IMG/VR virus record: IMGVR_UViG_3300046331_000190
DNA from: an uncultured virus (IMG/VR IMGVR_UViG_3300046331_000190)
Taxonomy: Duplodnaviria > Heunggongvirae > Uroviricota > Caudoviricetes
Direction: 5' to 3' (one strand)
Length of the DNA: 64,000 nt
Part shown: piece after piece, positions 1-8,780 of the stretch
How the letters are laid out: each line of letters starts with the position of its first letter
Position numbering within the stretch: position 1 is the stretch's first letter
Position numbers and translations under genes: made by a program
Notes under the pieces: model-generated
What the model was told of the DNA's origin: nothing
Database searches by the model: none
Seen by the model: the letters and a program-made list of their open reading frames with translations, nothing else

Positions 1-1
1 T

Positions 2-211
2 ATTACACTTATATGTGCTCCAGTATTCTGGGTAGCACAATGTGTTGGAACACCAGATGTCCAATATAAGTATGACATCTATGTAACAGGTGGAGGAACT
101 TATCATACAAACTCGTTTAGATTATACGGTAGAAGTATTATCTTTGACACTGATACTAAGAGAGTTATAGTTAGTGGTGACTATGTCATCGTATCAAAGC
201 TTGATGAGTAA
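2..211 (+). CDS. 3' part of a hypothetical protein (truncated by window start)
   Basis: Open frame ITLICAPVFWVAQC...SKLDE ends in TAA at 209-211 and is followed by a terminator-like hairpin. Confidence 0.6.
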   Translation: MTLICAPVFWVAQCVGTPDVQYKYDIYVTGGGTYHTNSFRLYGRSIIFDTDTKRVIVSGDYVIVSKLDE

Positions 212-214
212 CAA

Positions 215-242
215 AGCTAGTCACAAAGACTAGTTCTTTTTT
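215..242 (+). terminator. Probable intrinsic terminator
   Basis: AGCTAGTC-ACAAA-GACTAGTT hairpin followed by CTTTTTT. Confidence 0.55.
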
Positions 243-260
243 AATCTTTAAAACCATATT

Positions 261-653
261 ATGGAAAATCTATTACCTGTTGTTGGTCGTGTATTATCAT
301 TATGTTTATTAATATACACGGTTAGTGCTTTAGTTATAACTATCGCATTTTGGGACATGTTTAAAAGCTTGCCAAAAACGTATGCTGCATTAAGAGATGG
401 TCACTATACCTTACAAGAAAACTTCAATGGTACAAGATACTTTATGAAGAAAGAGACTCACCTTAGATGGTGGCAGAGATGGGGTGGTACAGACACTATT
501 ATTATCTTTGATGACAATGCTGTAAAGCTATTAGGAAAAGATCTATATCTTCATGGCTACCCACTAGTTATTTTTCATCCATATTATACATATTGGAGAA
601 TCCGTTATGACCGTTTAATCAAACATAAAGAAGATGAGTGGAATAAAGTATAA
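261..653 (+). CDS. Hypothetical membrane protein
   Basis: 130-aa ORF with N-terminal hydrophobic helix and A/C-rich start region. Confidence 0.65.
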   Translation: MENLLPVVGRVLSLCLLIYTVSALVITIAFWDMFKSLPKTYAALRDGHYTLQENFNGTRYFMKKETHLRWWQRWGGTDTIIIFDDNAVKLLGKDLYLHGYPLVIFHPYYTYWRIRYDRLIKHKEDEWNKV

Positions 654-1050
654 CCGTAGAGTAGTTGAGATACTACTACTATGCCTAGTTGCAATAACAA
701 TGATAAACGTTGCTATTGTACTAGCAAAGCATGCTGAAGATGGTATAAAGCAAAAGCAGATCAAGTCAGAACAACTGTTTGATAAAGTTGATAGCTCATA
801 CTCAAAATCTGATACAGTAACACTAAATGCAACTGTTCAGATTGAACGTGGTGCAAAAGCTAATGAGCATCTATTAGAGCTTATTGGTAAATATGAGTTA
901 GCTCTTGAGCAGTTAAGAACGCATGACTTTGAAGCATATAAGTATTTTGTTAAGTCAGCACAGTTCAAAGAGAACTATAATGAGTTAGTGGACTACGAGT
1001 TTCACGGAGAGAATAAGTATATAAAAGAAAAAGCAAACAGTTATAGATGA
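634..1050 (+). CDS. Hypothetical protein with N-terminal TM anchor
   Basis: 138-aa ORF overlapping its neighbours in an operon-like way. Confidence 0.6.
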   Translation: MSGIKYNRRVVEILLLCLVAITMINVAIVLAKHAEDGIKQKQIKSEQLFDKVDSSYSKSDTVTLNATVQIERGAKANEHLLELIGKYELALEQLRTHDFEAYKYFVKSAQFKENYNELVDYEFHGENKYIKEKANSYR

Positions 1051-1319
1051 GAAGAATAATCGTTTATGCAATCTGTACTCTAGGAGTATTAGGTTGTGTG
1101 TATCCAAAGTATAAGATTCGTGTTGTTAGTACAACTCCTGATACACAGGTATATACACCAATGCAAAAGAAGAAGCTAGTTAAAGACTGGCAAGAAGGTA
1201 CACCTGTATTCAGTGAGTCTGAAGCACAGTATCAAGTGCGTGATTGGCAAAAAGCTAATGCTTTTGAAAGACGTGCACAAAGATCTGCTTATATCAAAGT
1301 TAAACGCATAAAGCCATGA
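1047..1319 (+). CDS. Putative small lipoprotein
   Basis: MRRIIVYAICTLGVLGC lipobox-like N-terminus; ATGA overlap with the upstream gene. Confidence 0.55.
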   Translation: MRRIIVYAICTLGVLGCVYPKYKIRVVSTTPDTQVYTPMQKKKLVKDWQEGTPVFSESEAQYQVRDWQKANAFERRAQRSAYIKVKRIKP

Positions 1320-1387
1320 CAGTAGTAGTTTTTATACTTGGTATTATTGCTGGTATGCGTATACATTCACTATTAAATAATAAGTAA
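1316..1387 (+). CDS. Unannotated 23-aa hydrophobic peptide (MTVVVFILGIIAGMRIHSLLNNK)
   Basis: ATGA overlap with the upstream stop; fills the gap to the next gene. Confidence 0.45.
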   Translation: MTVVVFILGIIAGMRIHSLLNNK

Positions 1388-1388
1388 G

Positions 1389-2102
1389 ATGAAGATACTC
1401 CACATATCTGATACACACTCATTTCATGAGATGATGCCTGAAGATAGGTTCTTAGGCATCGATGTAGTTATACATAGCGGGGATTGTTCTAATCCAAAGA
1501 ACCCTTACACAAATGAACATGAGGTAAGACAGTTTATTGATTGGTATGCAATGGTACCTGTACAACATAAGATCTATGTTGCTGGTAATCATGATACATC
1601 AATAGAACACAACTTAGTTACAGCAAAGGATTTTGAAGATAAAGGTATTATTTATCTTGAGAACGACAGCATTACTATTGATGGTATTAAGTTCTGGGGA
1701 TCACCTCATACACCAACGTTTGGTAACTGGTCTTTTATGAAACAAAGAGCTAAGCTTGATAGAGTATGGCAATCAATACCAGATGATACTCATGTGATTA
1801 TTGTTCATGGTCCACCAAAGAGTGTTAGAGATCTTAGTTTTAATCCATCAGGTGAGCTTGAGTTTTGTGGTTGCTCAGCGTTAATGAAGCGTTGCTTAGC
1901 TTTAAAAGATACTCTCAAGCTTGTAGCCTTTGGACATATACATAATATGTCTGGTGTTGAAACTAATCAAGGCGTATCACAATACTTTATTACGCCTACT
2001 ATATTCTCGAATGCTGCTTGTGTATATGATGGAAGGTTTAGACAAGGTCTAACCTCATTTGGTAACATAATAGAAATAGCTAAACAACAAAAAGATGAGT
2101 AA
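1389..2102 (+). CDS. Calcineurin-like metallophosphoesterase
   Basis: SDTH, HSGD, GNHD, HGPP and FGHIH motifs. Confidence 0.9.
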   Translation: MKILHISDTHSFHEMMPEDRFLGIDVVIHSGDCSNPKNPYTNEHEVRQFIDWYAMVPVQHKIYVAGNHDTSIEHNLVTAKDFEDKGIIYLENDSITIDGIKFWGSPHTPTFGNWSFMKQRAKLDRVWQSIPDDTHVIIVHGPPKSVRDLSFNPSGELEFCGCSALMKRCLALKDTLKLVAFGHIHNMSGVETNQGVSQYFITPTIFSNAACVYDGRFRQGLTSFGNIIEIAKQQKDE

Positions 2103-2349
2103 ACAAGAAGAGTATCCCGAAGAAATCATAGACGGCAGAGGTGAAGACGATGGTTTTCTGTCAGCTGTTATAGAAAAAGCACAAGTTTTTTCACAAGAAA
2201 TGGTAAAGATATTTCCAACGCTTCATCCTAGCCTTACTAAACAAGAAATCTACCATATTCAAGAAATAGTTCGGTCATACAGTTACATCGGATTCAGAAG
2301 AGGTTATCTCCAAGGTTATAACGATGCTAAACAACAAGATCATGACTGA
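2095..2349 (+). CDS. Hypothetical protein
   Basis: 84-aa ORF in the overlapping gene chain. Confidence 0.55.
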   Translation: MSKQEEYPEEIIDGRGEDDGFLSAVIEKAQVFSQEMVKIFPTLHPSLTKQEIYHIQEIVRSYSYIGFRRGYLQGYNDAKQQDHD

Positions 2350-2545
2350 AGATGAAGTATATAGTGCTATAGAAAACGCTATCATAAAATGGGTTATTGA
2401 CGGTACTAAAACTGCAGGTTCTTTAACTAGAGAGATTATGCCAATCGTAAAAAAGTATAAACCAACTCCTTACCAGGAACATCATAAACTCAAAGACGAG
2501 TGGGGTAATACCGACTGGAGAGATATAGGTGAAATGGGAGGCTAA
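2342..2545 (+). CDS. Hypothetical protein
   Basis: Probable start at ATG 2342, overlapping the upstream gene end. Confidence 0.55.
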   Translation: MTEDEVYSAIENAIIKWVIDGTKTAGSLTREIMPIVKKYKPTPYQEHHKLKDEWGNTDWRDIGEMGG

Positions 2546-2556
2546 ATAACAACAAG

Positions 2557-2970
2557 ATGGCAAATAAAGAACAAGATGAGTTATTAGATTATCCTTATCC
2601 AGATAAGCTATTAGATAGTGATGGATATCCAACAGAAGAAGCTTTAGATTATATCAAAAACTGGAGCTGTGGTTTTGTTAACGGTACTTATGTATTAGGT
2701 AAGTATTATAAAAGTCTAGATTTTGCAGACCTTATCGAGTATATACAATCTATCTGGTATTATGATGATGCTATTGTTTATAAGCATGGTCTTTTAGAGA
2801 TCCATACACTAGGTTGGTCTGGTAATGAGGATATTATCCAAGAACTACGTAACACTACTATGTGGCAGTTTAGACATAAAGCTACACAAACAGGAGGTCA
2901 CTATTACTTTCGTTTAAATAATAAGAGTAGATATACTTGGGCAGTAAAGAGAGTTAAAGCACTTTGGTAA
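2557..2970 (+). CDS. Hypothetical phage protein
   Basis: 137 aa with DGYPTEEAL, HTLGWSGNEDII and GGHYYF motifs. Confidence 0.65.
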   Translation: MANKEQDELLDYPYPDKLLDSDGYPTEEALDYIKNWSCGFVNGTYVLGKYYKSLDFADLIEYIQSIWYYDDAIVYKHGLLEIHTLGWSGNEDIIQELRNTTMWQFRHKATQTGGHYYFRLNNKSRYTWAVKRVKALW

Positions 2971-3233
2971 TGGAATCACCTTATTTAGTACTTATCCTTG
3001 CTATACTATCAGCAGGATGGTTTTTACCAGTACCTCCAGGAATCTTTGGAGCTTTGCTGGATTACTACGTTTTTGGTGGTAAAGAAGAACGAAGAAAACA
3101 AAGAATATTTGAGCTATTACAAAAACTTGAAGATGCTGGTACTGACATTCATACTGAGATTAAAAAAGCTAGAAAGGGTGAGAGTAAATACATCACCGTA
3201 AGTAATATTCCACGTAAAAAACAAGACAAATGA
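2964..3233 (+). CDS. Hypothetical membrane protein
   Basis: Hydrophobic N-terminus; likely start ATG 2970. Confidence 0.5.
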   Translation: MVMESPYLVLILAILSAGWFLPVPPGIFGALLDYYVFGGKEERRKQRIFELLQKLEDAGTDIHTEIKKARKGESKYITVSNIPRKKQDK

Positions 3234-3478
3234 CATACGAAGAAGCACAAGAGTTATCTCTTATAGTAAAGTGGAAAACAGATACTTGTAGTCAAGGTGA
3301 AGAGTGCTGGTGCAGAACTATTGTTCCTATTGTACCTATTTTATATAGTGAGTATGAAATGATTGATACAGGACAAGAATATACAATAGTACGTCCAGGT
3401 GAACTTAATCAAGATCTAGCTGAACACTTTGTTAGATTACATAATAATTGGATAGATGATGACAAAACTAGTAGTTAA
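3230..3478 (+). CDS. Hypothetical protein with a Cys/His cluster
   Basis: CSQGEECWC...HFVRLHN; ATGA overlap. Confidence 0.55.
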   Translation: MTYEEAQELSLIVKWKTDTCSQGEECWCRTIVPIVPILYSEYEMIDTGQEYTIVRPGELNQDLAEHFVRLHNNWIDDDKTSS

Positions 3479-3743
3479 ACTAAACATTCTGTGGAATATC
3501 ATAACTAACAAGTATAAGCACTTTGTTGTACTTGATATTAGTGAAGAGCAGATGATCAATCTGTTTTCTGATAAAGACTTTGAGGTTGAAGTAATGTATC
3601 ATGGGCTTCAGCCTTATGTTGTCCAGAGAATGATTAACCAATGCTCAACAGTAAAAGATGACATTGATATGATGCTAGACAAAGCAAAGTTTGAAGCAGA
3701 AGCTGAGTTACATAACCGTAAAAAGAAGCCAAATGATATTTAA
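3456..3743 (+). CDS. Hypothetical protein
   Basis: 95-aa ORF in the operon. Confidence 0.55.
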   Translation: MMTKLVVKLNILWNIITNKYKHFVVLDISEEQMINLFSDKDFEVEVMYHGLQPYVVQRMINQCSTVKDDIDMMLDKAKFEAEAELHNRKKKPNDI

Positions 3744-4605
3744 GCATCAGAAGACTAAAACATTAGTCACAAAACCAAATGGGAGAAGTAGCGATGCTGT
3801 TTCTCCCAACTTTATTTATGGGTGTGCAGGAGGATGTATGGTTAGTTACTGCTATGTTGGGCGATTTAATGATACAACAGTCTATATTAATGATAATATT
3901 GATCAGATACTAATGAGTATAGATCACTGGGTAGAAGCTCAACCATGGCCAAAAGAACCTAACCAGTGTGATGATAGATATTATACTATCGATATAGGTT
4001 GTAGTACTGATATTGCTTTACATCATAAACATTATGATTGGCAAAGAGTGTTTAGTTTTTTTAATGATCATCCAAAACTAAAGAGTACGTTTGCAACAAA
4101 GTATCCTGATAGATTCCCACTTGATGATTATATAATAGATCCTACAAAGAATCGCATTAGAGTGTCCTTAATGCCTCAACTATACTCTGAGTTACTTGAA
4201 CCTAATACAACTCGTATAAATAAGAGGATTGATAGTATAAAGAGTCTACAAAAAAAGTTTGAAGTACATATAAACTTCTCTCCTATTGTTATTAGAGACG
4301 AGACTGGTTGGTTAATTCAGTATGCTAAGTTATTTAATCAACTGAAGAATCTAGGTATTGATGTACCATGTGAGTGTATCTTTATGACATATAGTGACAT
4401 ACAAGCAAAGCGTAATCAAGAGACAAATGAAGGTCAACGTATTAATATGTTACTATATAATCCAGACATACAAGAGTACAAAAAATCAGAGTATGGTGGC
4501 ATTAACTTGCGTTATGCAAACCATGTAAAGCCTCAAGCAATCCTTAAGTTTAAGACTGTGTATGGTCAATACTTTGATGTGTCTAATATCAGATATATTT
4601 TTTAA
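3733..4605 (+). CDS. Spore photoproduct lyase (SplB)-like radical SAM protein
   Basis: GCAGGCMVSYCY Cys cluster; DIGCSTD, FATK, RIRVSLMP and EVHINFSPI motifs; likely start ATG 3733. Confidence 0.8.
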   Translation: MIFKHQKTKTLVTKPNGRSSDAVSPNFIYGCAGGCMVSYCYVGRFNDTTVYINDNIDQILMSIDHWVEAQPWPKEPNQCDDRYYTIDIGCSTDIALHHKHYDWQRVFSFFNDHPKLKSTFATKYPDRFPLDDYIIDPTKNRIRVSLMPQLYSELLEPNTTRINKRIDSIKSLQKKFEVHINFSPIVIRDETGWLIQYAKLFNQLKNLGIDVPCECIFMTYSDIQAKRNQETNEGQRINMLLYNPDIQEYKKSEYGGINLRYANHVKPQAILKFKTVYGQYFDVSNIRYIF

Positions 4606-4618
4606 CTTGCAAAAAACT

Positions 4619-4927
4619 ATGAGTAATCAGAGAAATGAGTATAATAAGTTTGGTATTAACTATCTTAGCAGCAACTCAACATTAATATATAACCATGTCG
4701 CTTTACATGAAGAAACAGGTAATGTATTAGAAGTAAAAGAGTTTCATGATAATGCAGCTAAATCTAGTTGGATGCCAAATAATCTTCCAGGAGAGATATC
4801 AAGTACATGTGGTGCAAACTTTGCAATAAATGTAAAGCTACATGTTGAAATAACATCTGAAGAGTTTTGGACGGTATATGAACGAGTAGCAACAAAGCTG
4901 CTCTTATTAGCAATAAGCAATGAGTAA
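4619..4927 (+). CDS. Hypothetical protein
   Basis: Start placed at ATG 4619 after an A-rich leader. Confidence 0.55.
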   Translation: MSNQRNEYNKFGINYLSSNSTLIYNHVALHEETGNVLEVKEFHDNAAKSSWMPNNLPGEISSTCGANFAINVKLHVEITSEEFWTVYERVATKLLLLAISNE

Positions 4928-5468
4928 GTTAAAAGAGATACAACTAAAGCTAATATACTGGAAACATCGAGTGTATACATTAGCAAGTAATCTATGGTAT
5001 TGGATACCACGAATCTATGATTGTAATCCTTGGGATTATATGTACTTAGAGCGATTAGTAACAGATCAACTTGCTCGTATGACTAATAACTTCGAGTCAT
5101 TCAATGCTAAGTATGGTTCAGAACGTGAAGTAAGAGAGATTAAGATAGCTCATAAGTTATTATATCGAGTACAAAGTGGTTATTACCACAGTGAACTAGA
5201 TAAATACTATGGTGCAGATTATAACATCGATGCTCACGGTCACTTTACTGCAACAACTAACTTTGACAACCTTGGTGAGTACTTTGATAAGTATCCAAGA
5301 GCATACAAAGAAGCAGTCAAATGGCATAGTATGAAGAGTAGTTCAGAACATGGTAGTGATAGGTCTAGATTTATGATAGGTAACTACATGTCAGAGATCA
5401 TGCATTCAAAAGCTAGACGATTAGCTTATAAAATAATCGCTGAATACTCACCAAGATGGTGGGTTTAA
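4920..5468 (+). CDS. Hypothetical phage protein
   Basis: 182 aa; PWDYMYL motif and WW-containing C-terminus. Confidence 0.65.
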   Translation: MSKLKEIQLKLIYWKHRVYTLASNLWYWIPRIYDCNPWDYMYLERLVTDQLARMTNNFESFNAKYGSEREVREIKIAHKLLYRVQSGYYHSELDKYYGADYNIDAHGHFTATTNFDNLGEYFDKYPRAYKEAVKWHSMKSSSEHGSDRSRFMIGNYMSEIMHSKARRLAYKIIAEYSPRWWV

Positions 5469-5477
5469 ATACTTAGT

Positions 5478-6068
5478 ATGAAAAAATCAAAGATAACACT
5501 GTTGATTAATGAGTTTAAAGATCTCATGGAAAAGATGCTTGTTGATGATGGAGAACTATCTCCAACAATAGGTATCATAGCTCAAAAAGATGAAGCAAAA
5601 GATGAGACTGAAAGAGATCACTTGATGATCTGTCCTTTACCAGATAGGTTATTAGAAACAAGAGACTCAAAAGCTTTTCTTATGGAGGATATACTACCTA
5701 AGTTAGGTGATAAGCTTACAAAAGATAAGTTTACTGTAGTTGGTTCAATCTTTGCTTATGTAGGATTAGTAAGAACTCTTCCAACAGATAAGTTAGATGG
5801 CAAACCTGTAGAAGAGATTACTGAGGATGATATAAAACATGTCAAGCCAAAAGAAATACTCTTCTTACACTATCAATCTGAGAATGAAGATATGATAAGT
5901 GCCTTTAATCTAACAAGAAAAGGTAAAGCTGTAAACGCAGAAGGTAACTTAATTGATATAGTTACATTAACAAAGAACAGCAAGATGTCAGCAAAGACAA
6001 CTGATCCAGTTGTTATTGGAGGTGGTCTTAGTGCTGTTTATAAACAGATAACTAAAAATAATAAATAA
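5478..6068 (+). CDS. Hypothetical protein
   Basis: 196-aa ORF. Confidence 0.65.
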   Translation: MKKSKITLLINEFKDLMEKMLVDDGELSPTIGIIAQKDEAKDETERDHLMICPLPDRLLETRDSKAFLMEDILPKLGDKLTKDKFTVVGSIFAYVGLVRTLPTDKLDGKPVEEITEDDIKHVKPKEILFLHYQSENEDMISAFNLTRKGKAVNAEGNLIDIVTLTKNSKMSAKTTDPVVIGGGLSAVYKQITKNNK

Positions 6069-6223
6069 TGGGATTACTAGATTTTTTCCAGTCACGACAA
6101 ATACGTGATCTAAAACAAGAGTTAGCAGAAGCAAAAGTAGAACTAGACAAACGCCAAGAAGCAATCAATAGAACGAATGCTTATTGGAAACGAGTTGTTA
6201 GTGATCTACGTCGTAAAAAATAG
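6068..6223 (+). CDS. Unannotated 51-aa coiled-coil protein (MGLLDFFQSRQIRDLKQELAEAK...)
   Basis: TAATG overlap with the upstream stop; TAG at 6221-6223. Confidence 0.6.
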   Translation: MGLLDFFQSRQIRDLKQELAEAKVELDKRQEAINRTNAYWKRVVSDLRRKK

Positions 6224-6269
6224 TTGATGGTATAGCTCTATAGTCCATTGTTCGTTTATTATAGTCTTT

Positions 6270-6296
6270 TTTGGTGAAAAGTAACTTATATATTTG
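6270..6296 (+). promoter_or_regulatory. Possible Bacteroidota-type promoter
   Basis: TATATTTG (-7 box, TAnnTTTG) at 6289-6296; TTTG at 6270-6273, but the 15-nt spacer is shorter than canonical. Confidence 0.5.
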
Positions 6297-6317
6297 CATT
6301 ACTTACTATGCCTATAT

Positions 6318-6572
6318 ATGATTTATCAGATGCCAAACGGAAAGATTATTGAGATGTCAACAGAACAGTTCTGTGATATGACAGATGATGACTTCCAAGA
6401 CTTAATGGCAAACAACTATGGAGAAGAGGTAGAGGATCCATGGTTTGGATCAGTATTGACTAGCACTAAGTCCTACCCCGATATACCTGAGATAGAAGAT
6501 TTAACACAGTTATCTTTTGAAGATAAGATCAAACCAACTGATCTTGACTTACCTGATATAGCTGAAGAGTAA
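6318..6572 (+). CDS. Acidic hypothetical phage protein
   Basis: MIYQMPNGKIIEMSTEQF...; likely start ATG 6318. Confidence 0.7.
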   Translation: MIYQMPNGKIIEMSTEQFCDMTDDDFQDLMANNYGEEVEDPWFGSVLTSTKSYPDIPEIEDLTQLSFEDKIKPTDLDLPDIAEE

Positions 6573-6610
6573 AAGATAGTAGTTTGTTCATATTTCATTT
6601 GTAAATGGTT

Positions 6611-6645
6611 AATCCTACCTGGTCATGCTGGGTAGGATTTTTTTT
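6611..6645 (+). terminator. Intrinsic terminator
   Basis: AATCCTACCTGG-TCATG-CTGGGTAGGATT stem followed by a T run. Confidence 0.85.
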
Positions 6646-6678
6646 GTTCTTGTAAATAACTTAAACTAAATAAATAAC

Positions 6679-7179
6679 ATGTCAAAACAAGTATTAGTAT
6701 CCGCAGATGAGTTTGGTAATGTAGTACACATGTCTCCAAACAATCCAGAGTATGGCTTTGTAATCGTAAAGCAACATACTCATACCATTAGTGATAATGG
6801 ATGGTTAAGATTATCAAAGCGTTCAGCATTGATTAAAGGTCAGGTAACTGACTTAGTTGCAGCAAACTTTAAAGCTGATCAACCACTACCTGGTCGTATC
6901 ATTGTTAAAGAATCTTTGGAACCATTTAACCCAGAGAATCCAGATCAACACTTAAAGATTGCAGGTACTACAGGTGTAGTGTGTAACATTGGTGGAGAGC
7001 CTATCTATAGAGATACGTTCTATGTTAATGATCCAGATGCACATGATATATTAATCATGCATGATGAAGAGTGTTCAGATGCAATCCGTAATGCAATGAA
7101 AGCAGAGAAGGTTCTTGCTGATAAGTTTATTAAGAAGTCAACAAACATTGAAGACTTCGAAAGAGAAGCAATTTTATAA
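6679..7179 (+). CDS. Hypothetical phage protein (possibly nucleic-acid binding)
   Basis: 166 aa, beta-rich, NNPEYG and RSALI motifs; flanked by terminators. Confidence 0.65.
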   Translation: MSKQVLVSADEFGNVVHMSPNNPEYGFVIVKQHTHTISDNGWLRLSKRSALIKGQVTDLVAANFKADQPLPGRIIVKESLEPFNPENPDQHLKIAGTTGVVCNIGGEPIYRDTFYVNDPDAHDILIMHDEECSDAIRNAMKAEKVLADKFIKKSTNIEDFEREAIL

Positions 7180-7188
7180 TATGTAGTT

Positions 7189-7220
7189 TAGGGAGGAGTC
7201 ATAGTGATTCCTCCTTTTTA
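7189..7220 (+). terminator. Intrinsic terminator
   Basis: GGGAGGAGTCA-TAG-TGATTCCTCCT stem followed by TTTT. Confidence 0.85.
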
Positions 7221-7239
7221 TCTTTAAATCATCTCACAC

Positions 7240-7746
7240 ATGAAAAAGCTAGAAGTAGTCTCAGCAAACAAGAACGGTATTGTAATATACCGAGTAGGGG
7301 CAGCAAACTTTACAAGCGTTCCGTATCACTACACGGAAGAATCTAATCAACCGATTAGAAAAGTAAACACAGCACGAATATATCGTGAGTTTACAACACA
7401 ACAACAGGTTTTATACAAGCGTGTTGTTTATGGTCTATCTTCATTTCACACAGAGGAGCTAGATCATATGACAAAAAGAGCAAAGAAAGATGTATCAGTA
7501 GTTCATCATAAAGCTCAAGATGTTATTACAGCATTCAAGAATAAGAAGACAAACGAGTATGTTAGTCGTCTTATGAAAGCATGGTTTCCAAAATCAAAAC
7601 TAGCAAAAGACTTCTCATCTTATAAGAATGGTGAAGTAACTACTCCCAATACTTTGAGCTTTAAGACTCTTGGTATTGATAAGTATACCCTCGCTCAAGT
7701 TCTTGTATCGGAAAGTTTACTACCAGAAAACTTCTTTGCACTATGA
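7240..7746 (+). CDS. Hypothetical phage protein
   Basis: 168-aa basic ORF. Confidence 0.65.
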   Translation: MKKLEVVSANKNGIVIYRVGAANFTSVPYHYTEESNQPIRKVNTARIYREFTTQQQVLYKRVVYGLSSFHTEELDHMTKRAKKDVSVVHHKAQDVITAFKNKKTNEYVSRLMKAWFPKSKLAKDFSSYKNGEVTTPNTLSFKTLGIDKYTLAQVLVSESLLPENFFAL

Positions 7747-8153
7747 TTCCAAAGCAAAAGTTATGCAACGGATGTAATCAGATGAAAGTAATATGGAAAG
7801 CTCATGGAAAAGAGAAATACTGCAAAGACTGCTGGTATTCTATTGAGCGTCCAAAAGCTTTGGCAAAACCAACAAGTAAGCCAAATCCTGTATCAAAAAA
7901 GATGAGTAAGACAATGTCGGAGTATGAGCGTAAGCGTGTAGCTTTCTTTGCTCTGCATCCGTTTTGTCAAGCTCGTCTTGCAGGATGTACTATTGGTGTT
8001 GCACAGATACATCATAAGGCTGGGAGAGGTGAGAACCACAACAACATGAGCACATGGCTTGGAGTTTGTGCTTCTTGTCACGAGTACATTGAGCTTCATC
8101 CTAACGAAGCAAAAGAGTTAGGATTTTCAGTAAACCGTTTAGATAAAGAATAA
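7743..8153 (+). CDS. HNH-type nuclease with Zn-binding CxxC motifs
   Basis: CNGC...CKDC; CQARLAGC...IHHKAGRG...N...CASCH. Confidence 0.75.
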   Translation: MIPKQKLCNGCNQMKVIWKAHGKEKYCKDCWYSIERPKALAKPTSKPNPVSKKMSKTMSEYERKRVAFFALHPFCQARLAGCTIGVAQIHHKAGRGENHNNMSTWLGVCASCHEYIELHPNEAKELGFSVNRLDKE

Positions 8154-8536
8154 TGTCACATCCGTTACATCATGCAATAAGCTCCCAGAAAAAACATGGG
8201 GGTGAGATAGAAGACTATCTTTCACTACATAATTGGTTTGATGAAACCAAGCAGCACTATCCAGACATGAGACATAGAGCTCTTAGACATCACTCAGAAG
8301 GCATCTTCTGGGCTGAGAAAGAGTTTGGTGTATTTATTGTTAACTCCAGTGGTAAGATGGTTCCAACAAGAGTTCTTGGTGAACAACATATCATGGAAGA
8401 TCTTGGTTGGATACCAACAATAAAAGATTACTTAGATCTTATGGATACTAAGTCTTGGTTATATAAACCAGGAGAAGGAAGAAAGCTAGTTAGAGAGATA
8501 CGTGATAAGAAACTTGATCACGTTACTAATATCTAG
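8153..8536 (+). CDS. DUF6915-like His-rich protein
   Basis: HPLHHAISS..KHGG, HNWFDETK, RHRALRHHSEGIF, EQHIMEDLG motifs. Confidence 0.75.
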   Translation: MSHPLHHAISSQKKHGGEIEDYLSLHNWFDETKQHYPDMRHRALRHHSEGIFWAEKEFGVFIVNSSGKMVPTRVLGEQHIMEDLGWIPTIKDYLDLMDTKSWLYKPGEGRKLVREIRDKKLDHVTNI

Positions 8537-8667
8537 ACTTCTTTGTCAAGCACCAAAGGCTTACTATGTTTACGCTCTGCGCGAATGATTGTAGTCTTTG
8601 AAAACTTAGACAAAGTAGCTCCTAAAGAAGAGCATAATATAAGTAAAGCAAGTATTAGATTTATCAT
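8533..8667 (-). CDS. Unannotated 44-aa signal-peptide/membrane peptide (MINLILALLILCSSLGATLSKFSK...)
   Basis: Manual translation; A/C-rich leader; its stop overlaps the opposite-strand stop within CTAG. Confidence 0.45.
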   Translation of the reverse strand: MINLILALLILCSSLGATLSKFSKTTIIRAERKHSKPLVLDKEV

Positions 8668-8780
8668 AGAAGTGTTGTATTATCTTAAGAAAGATACGGC
8701 ATAAAAGTGTATAAACCTAATACTTGTTGCACTTTACCAAGAAGTTAATAATAGTTCTTAACATATTACAAAAAGAAAAG

